A DNA stretch of 13,003 nucleotides, from IMG/VR virus record IMGVR_UViG_2654587996_000003; one strand, 5' to 3'. This stretch comes from a virus. Its lineage: Duplodnaviria > Heunggongvirae > Uroviricota > Caudoviricetes. The translations under genes were made by a program, and so were the position numbers. Numbering within the stretch: position 1 is the stretch's first letter; every line of letters starts with the position of its first letter. Of the stretch, positions 6,727-13,003 are shown one piece after another. Below the pieces are notes generated by a model. It was given only the letters and a program-made list of their open reading frames with translations. It had not been told where the DNA came from and searched no databases.

Positions 6727-6753
6727 AGCCCGCCGGTTCAGGCGGGCTTTTTT
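6727..6753 (+). terminator. Intrinsic terminator downstream of the lom remnant
   Basis: agcccgcc-ggttca-ggcgggct (8-bp GC-rich stem) followed by TTTTTT. Confidence 0.7.
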
Positions 6754-6764
6754 GTGGGGTGAAT

Positions 6765-9700
6765 ATGGCAGTAAAGATTTCAGGTGTACTGAAAGACGGC
6801 ACAGGAAAACCGGTACAGAACTGCACAATCCAGCTGAAAGCAAAACGTAACAGCACCACGGTGGTGGTGAACACGCTGGCCTCAGAAAATCCGGATGAAG
6901 CCGGGCGTTACAGCATGGACGTTGAGCACGGTCAGTACAGCGTTATTCTGTTGGTGGAGGGGTTCCCGCCATCACATGCCGGGACCATTACCGTGTATGA
7001 AGATTCCCGACCCGGTACGCTGAATGATTTTCTCGGTGCCATGACGGAGGATGATGCCCGTCCGGAGGCACTACGCCGTTTTGAACTGATGGTGGAAGAG
7101 GTGGCGCGTAACGCGTCCGCGGTGGCACAGAACACGGCAGCCGCGAAGAAGTCAGCCAGCGATGCCGGCACATCAGCCCGTGAGGCGGCAACCCATGCGA
7201 CTGATGCTGCAGGCTCAGCACGTGCAGCCAGCACATCAGCCGGGCAGGCCGCGACGTCGGCTCAGTCAGCATCTTCCAGCGCAGGAACGGCATCAACAAA
7301 GGCCAGTGAAGCGGAAAAAAGTGCTGCCGCTGCAGAGTCCTCAAAAAGCGCGGCAGCCACCAGTGCCGCTGCGGCGAAAACGTCGGAAACGAATGCGGCA
7401 GCGTCACAACAATCAGCAGCCACTTCTGCATCCGCCGCGACCATGAAGGCGTCAGAAGCTGCCACCTCAGCCCGGGATGCGGCGGCCTCAAAAGAGGCAG
7501 CGAAATCATCAGAAACGAACGCATCATCAAGCGCCAGTAGTGCCGCTTCCTCGGCAACGGCAGCAGGCAATTCCGCGAAGGCGGCAAAGACGTCCGAGAC
7601 AAACGCCAGGTCTTCTGAAACGGCAGCGGGACAGAGCGCCTCGGCTGCGGCAGGCTCAAAAACAGCGGCTGCGTCGTCTGCCAGTGCAGCGTCAACAAGT
7701 GCCGGGCAGGCCTCAGCCAGTGCCACCGCCGCCGGAAAATCGGCAGAAAGTGCCGCATCGTCTGCTTCAACAGCCACAACGAAGGCTGGCGAAGCCACTG
7801 AACAGGCCAGCGCAGCAGCGAGGTCTGCTTCCGCAGCGAAGACATCCGAGACGAACGCGAAAGCGTCGGAAACCAGCGCAGAATCCTCAAAAACGGCTGC
7901 CGCATCGTCCGCCAGTTCGGCGGCGTCATCGGCATCATCGGCGTCTGCTTCAAAAGATGAGGCGACCAGACAAGCGTCCGCAGCGAAGGGCAGCGCCACG
8001 ACAGCATCCACGAAGGCGACAGAGGCAGCTGGCAGTGCGACGGCGGCAGCACAGAGCAAAAGTACGGCGGAATCCGCGGCAACGCGCGCCGAGACAGCGG
8101 CAAAACGGGCAGAGGATATTGCATCCGCCGTGGCGCTTGAGGATGCGAGCACGACGAAAAAGGGGATAGTACAGCTCAGCAGCGCGACCAACAGCACGTC
8201 TGAAACGCTGGCGGCAACGCCAAAGGCAGTAAAAGCAGCCTATGACAATGCAGAGAAACGTCTGCAGAAAGACCAGAACGGCGCTGATATACCCGATAAG
8301 GGACGCTTCCTGAACAACATTAACGCGGTCAGTAAAACAGACTTTGCTGATAAGCGTGGTATGCGTTATGTGCGGGTTAACGCTCCTGCAGGTGCAACAT
8401 CTGGAAAATATTATCCTGTTGTTGTTATGCGTTCTGCTGGCTCAGTAAGCGAACTGGCATCAAGGGTCATTATCACCACGGCAACGCGAACCGCAGGCGA
8501 TCCGATGAATAACTGCGAGTTTAACGGATTTGTTATGCCTGGTGGCTGGACTGACAGGGGGCGTTATGCTTATGGAATGTTCTGGCAATATCAAAACAAT
8601 GAACGAGCCATCCACTCAATAATGATGAGTAATAAGGGCGATGATTTGCGCTCTGTGTTCTATGTTGATGGCGCTGCTTTCCCTGTTTTTGCGTTTATCG
8701 AAGATGGCCTGTCAATATCCGCACCTGGTGCTGATCTCGTTGTTGATGATACGACCTATAAGTTTGGGGCAACAAATCCGGCGACTGAATGTATCGCGGC
8801 GGACGTTATCCTTGATTTTAAGAGTGGGCGTGGTTTTTATGAGTCCCATTCGTTAATCGTTAACGATAACTTGTCGTGCAAAAAACTTTTTGCCACAGAC
8901 GAAATTGTAGCGCGTGGTGGTAATCAGATTCGAATGATAGGTGGGGAGTATGGGGCATTATGGCGTAATGATGGCGCTAAAACTTACCTGCTGCTTACCA
9001 ATCAAGGTGATGTTTATGGTGGATGGAATACATTAAGACCGTTTGCTATTGATAACGCAACCGGCGAACTGGTTATTGGAACCAAGCTGTCTGCAAGTCT
9101 GAACGGTAACGCATTGACAGCAACAAAGCTGCAAACGCCAAGACGGGTTTCTGGTGTTGAGTTTGATGGTTCCAAAGATATTACTTTAACCGCCGCGCAT
9201 GTGGCTGCTTTTGCCAGAAGGGCAACGGATACATATGCCGATGCGGATGGTGGCGTTCCCTGGAATGCCGAATCAGGCGCTTACAATGTCACCCGCTCTG
9301 GCGACAGCTATATTCTGGTTAACTTCTATACCGGAGTCGGAAGTTGCCGGACCCTGCAGATGAAGGCGCATTACAGAAATGGTGGTCTGTTCTACCGTTC
9401 TTCAAGAGACGGTTATGGTTTTGAGGAAGACTGGGCAGAAGTTTATACCTCGAAAAATCTTCCACCAGAAAGCTACCCAGTCGGCGCACCAATCCCGTGG
9501 CCATCAGATACCGTTCCGTCTGGTTATGCCCTGATGCAGGGGCAGACTTTTGACAAATCTGCTTACCCGAAACTTGCAGCCGCTTATCCGTCAGGCGTGA
9601 TCCCTGATATGCGTGGCTGGACGATTAAGGGCAAACCTGCCAGTGGTCGGGCCGTATTGTCTCAGGAACAGGACGGCATTAAATCGCATACCCACAGCGC

Positions 9701-10115
9701 CAGCGCATCCAGTACAGATTTGGGGACGAAAACCACATCGTCGTTTGATTACGGCACTAAATCCACGAATAACACCGGGGCACATACACACAGTGTTAGC
9801 GGTACGGCTGCTTCAGCCGGTGCACATACCCATTCGATGACATTTGTTTCAGGTGGTTCCAGTGGTGCTCCGGGAAGTGGATCACCTGATTATTCTAAAT
9901 ACAGTGTTAACACTTCTTCTGCAGGCGCTCATACGCACTCTGTATCGGGTACTGCTGCAAGCGCAGGTGCACATGCACATACTGTCGGTATTGGTGCTCA
10001 TACGCACTCTGTTGCGATTGGCTCACATGGACACACCATCACCGTTAACGCTGCTGGTAACGCGGAAAACACCGTCAAAAACATCGCATTTAACTACATT
10101 GTGAGGCTTGCATAA
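6765..10115 (+). CDS. stf: Side tail fibre protein (Stf; StfR/lambda-Stf-like), apparently full length (~1116 aa)
   Basis: ORF-track 6759..10115 (GTG); ATG at 6765 gives [37 protein letters not shown]..., the conserved Stf N-terminus. Long Ala/Ser/Thr-rich repetitive shaft; C-terminal GAHTHS-repeat receptor-binding region; stop overlaps the tfa ATG. Confidence 0.9.
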   Translation: MAVKISGVLKDGTGKPVQNCTIQLKAKRNSTTVVVNTLASENPDEAGRYSMDVEHGQYSVILLVEGFPPSHAGTITVYEDSRPGTLNDFLGAMTEDDARPEALRRFELMVEEVARNASAVAQNTAAAKKSASDAGTSAREAATHATDAAGSARAASTSAGQAATSAQSASSSAGTASTKASEAEKSAAAAESSKSAAATSAAAAKTSETNAAASQQSAATSASAATMKASEAATSARDAAASKEAAKSSETNASSSASSAASSATAAGNSAKAAKTSETNARSSETAAGQSASAAAGSKTAAASSASAASTSAGQASASATAAGKSAESAASSASTATTKAGEATEQASAAARSASAAKTSETNAKASETSAESSKTAAASSASSAASSASSASASKDEATRQASAAKGSATTASTKATEAAGSATAAAQSKSTAESAATRAETAAKRAEDIASAVALEDASTTKKGIVQLSSATNSTSETLAATPKAVKAAYDNAEKRLQKDQNGADIPDKGRFLNNINAVSKTDFADKRGMRYVRVNAPAGATSGKYYPVVVMRSAGSVSELASRVIITTATRTAGDPMNNCEFNGFVMPGGWTDRGRYAYGMFWQYQNNERAIHSIMMSNKGDDLRSVFYVDGAAFPVFAFIEDGLSISAPGADLVVDDTTYKFGATNPATECIAADVILDFKSGRGFYESHSLIVNDNLSCKKLFATDEIVARGGNQIRMIGGEYGALWRNDGAKTYLLLTNQGDVYGGWNTLRPFAIDNATGELVIGTKLSASLNGNALTATKLQTPRRVSGVEFDGSKDITLTAAHVAAFARRATDTYADADGGVPWNAESGAYNVTRSGDSYILVNFYTGVGSCRTLQMKAHYRNGGLFYRSSRDGYGFEEDWAEVYTSKNLPPESYPVGAPIPWPSDTVPSGYALMQGQTFDKSAYPKLAAAYPSGVIPDMRGWTIKGKPASGRAVLSQEQDGIKSHTHSASASSTDLGTKTTSSFDYGTKSTNNTGAHTHSVSGTAASAGAHTHSMTFVSGGSSGAPGSGSPDYSKYSVNTSSAGAHTHSVSGTAASAGAHAHTVGIGAHTHSVAIGSHGHTITVNAAGNAENTVKNIAFNYIVRLA
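7110..8150 (+). repeat. Ala/Ser/Thr-rich quasi-periodic coding repeats within the stf shaft
   Basis: Recurring peptide blocks such as [69 protein letters not shown] and [26 protein letters not shown]-rich DNA here generates long stop-free ORFs in other frames on both strands. Confidence 0.6.
9778..10045 (+). repeat. His-containing GAHTHS(V)[12 protein letters not shown] repeats in the stf C-terminal region
   Basis: Repeated motifs [59 protein letters not shown]. The DNA copies differ at synonymous positions, so the repeat is conserved at protein level. Confidence 0.6.
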
Positions 10116-10699
10116 TGGCATTCAGAATGAGTGAACAACCACGGACCATAAAAATTTATAATCTGCTGGCCGGAACTAATGAATTTATTGGTGAAGGTGA
10201 CGCATATATTCCGCCTCATACAGGTCTGCCTGCAAACAGTACCTATATTGCACCGCCAGATATTCCGGCTGGTTTCGTGGCTGTTTTCAACAGTGATGAG
10301 GCATCGTGGCATCTCGTTGAAGATCATCGGGGTAAAACGGTTTATGACGTAGCGTCAGGGGACGCGTTATTTATTTCTGAACTCGGTCCGTTACCGGAAA
10401 ATGTTACCTGGTTATCGCCGGAAGGGGAGTTTCAGAAGTGGAACGGCACGGCCTGGGTGAAAGATGCAGAAGCAGAAAAACTGTTCCGGATCCGGGAGGC
10501 GGAAGAAACAAAAAACAGCCTGATGCAGGTAGCCAGTGAGCATATTGCGCCGCTTCAGGATGCTGCAGATCTGGAAATTGCAACGGAGGAAGAAACCTCG
10601 TTGCTGGAAGCCTGGAAGAAGTATCGGGTATTGCTGAACCGTGTTGATACATCAGTAGCACCGGATATTGAGTGGCCTGCTGTCCCTGTTATGGAGTAA
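10115..10699 (+). CDS. tfa: Tail fibre assembly protein Tfa
   Basis: 194-aa [57 protein letters not shown]..., near-identical to lambda Tfa as I recall it; start overlaps the stf stop. Confidence 0.92.
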   Translation: MAFRMSEQPRTIKIYNLLAGTNEFIGEGDAYIPPHTGLPANSTYIAPPDIPAGFVAVFNSDEASWHLVEDHRGKTVYDVASGDALFISELGPLPENVTWLSPEGEFQKWNGTAWVKDAEAEKLFRIREAEETKNSLMQVASEHIAPLQDAADLEIATEEETSLLEAWKKYRVLLNRVDTSVAPDIEWPAVPVME

Positions 10700-10802
10700 T
10701 CGTTTTGAGATACGCCGCATACACGTTGTATGCAATAACGTGCTGCGGCTTGGTAAATTTTAGCTAGTTTCAGCAGGAGACATAAAAAACTTCAGTATAA
10801 GA

Positions 10803-11591
10803 TTAAGCATCACGTATTGCCAATCTGATTTTTGACTGATACCAATTGGGGCCTTCTGCAATTATTTCTTCCTCAACATGCATGATGGGATGCATTTCAA
10901 TTTCAGAGTTTTTGACTTTCAGATCTAGTCCATATTTTTTTGAAATTTGTAAAACTTCATTTTTGAAATCCTTATCTGCGAAAGGTGAAATCCTTATTTC
11001 TTCCAACAGATTATTAAGAGATACAGGGACTAGTTTTCCCTTTACAGGTGGAGTGTTAAAGGTATTCTCTTGAAAAATAGCTCTAAACTCTTTTTCGTAT
11101 TCGAAAGATGGTCTCTTGTTAAAGAATACATCTGATTCTGGATTGTATTGTTTTATCCAGAAATTTTTGACGTATTTTACGTGTTTTAATTGTAGTTTGT
11201 TTAGATTATTATTTTCAAGTTGGCTTTGGAGGTTTTTTTTCTTTGATTTTATGACAACGCCTTTAGCGGGGTTTTTACAATACAGCTTCCACATAGCTTC
11301 AGATTCATGTTCGTTACAATGCCAGCAACTTATATATGTCCTCTCGCTTATTTCCTTAAGTGTCTTTAAATTGAATGCCATGAAAGGATCTAAGTCCATG
11401 CCGGCACCATGAGTAGCGCATAGTTTTTCCTGTGTCTCAATGAATTTTTTATAGCCAGTATGTCCCCAAGCAAATTCACCTTCGAACGGATCTTCAAAAT
11501 TTTTTGCTGAGCAAAAAAATAAAGCATTTTGTTCGAGTAACATAGAGAATTTCTCTATGTCAAGGTATCGCCATATATACTCAGTGTGCAT
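10803..11591 (-). CDS. Hypothetical protein (262 aa), DUF2971-like N-terminal motif; AT-rich cargo gene
   Basis: ORF-track 10803..11606, where the M is a TTG codon. ATG at 11591 is preceded by AGGAG at 5-nt spacing and gives MHTEYIWRYLDIEKFSMLLEQNALFFCSAKNFEDPFEGEF..., matching the Y.Y....l..lL....l.f.....F.DP.E block I associate with DUF2971. Lys/Asn-rich and visibly much more AT-rich than flanking phage DNA. Confidence 0.6.
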   Translation of the reverse strand: MHTEYIWRYLDIEKFSMLLEQNALFFCSAKNFEDPFEGEFAWGHTGYKKFIETQEKLCATHGAGMDLDPFMAFNLKTLKEISERTYISCWHCNEHESEAMWKLYCKNPAKGVVIKSKKKNLQSQLENNNLNKLQLKHVKYVKNFWIKQYNPESDVFFNKRPSFEYEKEFRAIFQENTFNTPPVKGKLVPVSLNNLLEEIRISPFADKDFKNEVLQISKKYGLDLKVKNSEIEMHPIMHVEEEIIAEGPNWYQSKIRLAIRDA

Positions 11592-11716
11592 GATAGCTCC
11601 TTGCAATATAACTATTTCTATCTGTTCATTTGTACTTAAAAAGGATTGAGTAGCCTGAACAGTTCTATCCGTAAATATACCAGATAGAAGAGTTGTACAA
11701 TAACAAATCCTCCGTA

Positions 11717-11759
11717 TAAGAACCAGCCATAATAGTCTGGTTCTTAAGGTTTTTTTTTC
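11717..11759 (+). terminator. Strong hairpin plus T9 intrinsic terminator on the plus strand, in the intergenic region between the two minus-strand cargo genes
   Basis: taagaaccag-ccataatagt-ctggttctta (10-bp stem, 11717-11746) followed by ggTTTTTTTTT (11750-11759). The T-tract is on the plus strand only. Confidence 0.5.
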
Positions 11760-11800
11760 GAGGGGGGTAACCTACGATTCGTCCCCATATCGGCGATAAA

Positions 11801-13003
11801 TTAGGCTTGTACCAACGCTTCTGTTTCTGTGAGTGAAATTTGATAGCGTTTTACTGCCTCAGCAAAGGCGTGCGCGGCATCTGCATTTGATACCATATAT
11901 TCTTCAGTTACCCCTGTTTGAGAATGGAAAGTAATATTTCCATAAATGCAAATAGGGATTTGGTAGTTGTCTTTAAAACGACGGTCTGGTGAGCCATTCT
12001 TATTCGTTTTCGCCCATGTATAACCATCTATGCGTGAGTCACTGGGAACACCTTCTTCCTCATGGAATCTTAGATATTCTGAACTAATTTGTAATTCGCG
12101 TAAATCAATCAGAGCGAATGCTCCATCAGCTCGTGGTATGACTGCAACTCCAGGATAAAGCAAAATATCGTCTCCATTTACATTTTCAAACCTCATCGCA
12201 CGCCCTGTAAATTGAATGAAATCCGTTGAACTAAAATCAAAGGTAACTGGGTGACGATTAACAGACCGGGTTGCTAATGTTCTTTCAGCAAACTGGTCTG
12301 TAGCTTTATCTGCAGTAATATCCCATTTTTTGACACTCGATTTTAACATATCAAATGCATGGACCATCGCTGCATATGCGCGCTGTGAAGCATCACTGCT
12401 CTCGAATGTTATGGCTATTTTTGTGCTGTCTTCCCATGAAACTAGGCGAGATATCTCAGCTTGGGTTAGGGGGAGTAGTGTCTCAAGTTCTGCGATGCGT
12501 CGTTTGTAAAACCAACGGAATAGACTTGATTTGCGTCGAGCCAGCTCGCTTTTTTGTTTTGATTCTTCGGCAAGAGCCTCTTGAAGATCTGCTTTTATCT
12601 CTGCTCTTTGTTCTCGTGCTTTAGCAATCAAATCTCGTAAAGGTAAAAGGGAGGTACTTGTAAGGACTTCTACCGAAGCGCTGGATATTTCATTCATGCC
12701 AGCTACAGGCATATATATTTTAGCGTTCGATGGTGTGTTTTCTGGAGATGACCCAGACTCCAAATGAGGTTCTGTAGGGGCTGGATTTAATGGATTGGTA
12801 ACTGAGTATCCATCATCATAGGGCAAGGTAGGTGTAGTATAAGATAAGCCTGTGCCCGGTAATCCGACAGTTGCTCTAACCCCTTTTTTACCAACATTGA
12901 CAGTTGCGCCAGGCACGCCAATGCTTGCACTTATTCCACGCTTGCCAATGTTGAGTCGAACGCCAGGAAATAGAGTAAAGGTTTGTCTGAAACGAAGAGA
13001 CAT
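11801..13003 (-). CDS. Hypothetical protein (400 aa) with N-terminal DUF4236-like domain; central coiled-coil-like segment; C-terminal ~200 aa unknown
   Basis: Start codon is the last three bases of the window. N-terminus MSLRFRQTFTLFPGVRLNIGKRGISASIGVPGATVNVGKKGVRATVGLPGTGLSYTT has the repeated G-x-R/K...G glycine-rich pattern I associate with DUF4236. A charged helical stretch (REQRAEIKADLQEALAEESKQKSELARRK) follows. Composition is lower in GC than the tail-fibre genes. Confidence 0.65.
   Translation of the reverse strand: MSLRFRQTFTLFPGVRLNIGKRGISASIGVPGATVNVGKKGVRATVGLPGTGLSYTTPTLPYDDGYSVTNPLNPAPTEPHLESGSSPENTPSNAKIYMPVAGMNEISSASVEVLTSTSLLPLRDLIAKAREQRAEIKADLQEALAEESKQKSELARRKSSLFRWFYKRRIAELETLLPLTQAEISRLVSWEDSTKIAITFESSDASQRAYAAMVHAFDMLKSSVKKWDITADKATDQFAERTLATRSVNRHPVTFDFSSTDFIQFTGRAMRFENVNGDDILLYPGVAVIPRADGAFALIDLRELQISSEYLRFHEEEGVPSDSRIDGYTWAKTNKNGSPDRRFKDNYQIPICIYGNITFHSQTGVTEEYMVSNADAAHAFAEAVKRYQISLTETEALVQA

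Noticed and set aside
6932-8197. Long ORFs in other frames on both strands inside stf (6932..7234-, 6988..8124-, 7162..7446+, 7262..8197-, 7477..8169+), some over 300 aa
   Set aside because: They lie entirely within the GCN-rich Ala/Ser/Thr repeat region of stf, where stop codons are rare in every frame. Their translations are low-complexity Arg/Pro/Ala strings, and the stf frame is the one with recognisable homology.
8641-10661. Short ORFs overlapping stf and tfa (8641..8856+, 9319..9504-, 9591..9791-, 9613..9840+, 9844..10104+, 10094..10327-, 10404..10661-)
   Set aside because: All are embedded in or antisense to the confidently identified stf and tfa reading frames, with no RBS or recognisable motifs.
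10717-10733. Perfect palindrome gcataca-cgt-tgtatgc just downstream of tfa, considered as a tfa terminator
   Set aside because: No U-tract follows on either strand and the loop is only 3 nt. It could be a protein-binding site, but I cannot support a terminator call.
10846-12624. Plus-strand ORFs 10846..11073, 11116..11412 and 12355..12624 inside the AT-rich cargo genes
   Set aside because: Antisense to the two minus-strand cargo ORFs; translations are low-complexity Phe/Leu/Ser-rich strings typical of the opposite strand of AT-rich genes.
1-13003. Interpretation of the element as a helper-dependent phage satellite (cos-type chromosomal island)
   Set aside because: It retains int/xis and cos, but I see no replication initiator, primase, repressor or capsid-redirection genes. 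The two deletion junctions (recT-R and nu1-lom) are more simply explained as decay of a full lambdoid prophage.
1-13003. tRNA, rRNA, CRISPR arrays and insertion sequences
   Set aside because: I found no cloverleaf-like conserved tRNA segments, no regularly spaced direct repeats and no transposase-like ORFs or terminal inverted repeats on reading the sequence. attL would lie just left of position 1, outside the window.

Overview
The window is almost entirely the interior of a heavily decayed lambda-family prophage in an E. coli-like host. It starts exactly at the stop codon of int and ends exactly at the start codon of a minus-strand cargo gene. All protein identifications below are from reading the translations and recalling the families; no search was run. 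Left to right: intact int and xis (minus strand); a short lambda-like segment with hairpin terminators and a 49-aa ORF; a non-lambda early-left block (secreted DUF1311-like protein, three small ORFs of 55, 93 and 104 aa, a Gp157/Gam-like protein, and a 5-prime-truncated RecT). At about 4350-4375 this block abuts the last ~40 codons of a phage lysozyme, followed by intact Rz/Rz1 spanins, so the immunity, replication, Q and holin genes are gone. Then come a 124-aa unknown ORF with its own terminator, a lambda-type cos site, and an in-frame Nu1-Lom chimera that implies loss of the whole head and tail gene block. An intact side tail fibre (stf) and tfa follow, then a visibly AT-rich two-gene cargo block on the minus strand (DUF2971-like, 262 aa; DUF4236-N-terminal, 400 aa). 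I recognised no rRNA, tRNA, CRISPR array or IS element. The best candidates for an undescribed system are the uncharacterised cargo genes at three classical lambdoid moron hotspots: tfa-to-att, xis-to-recombination module, and lysis-to-cos. The right-end AT-rich pair is the strongest.
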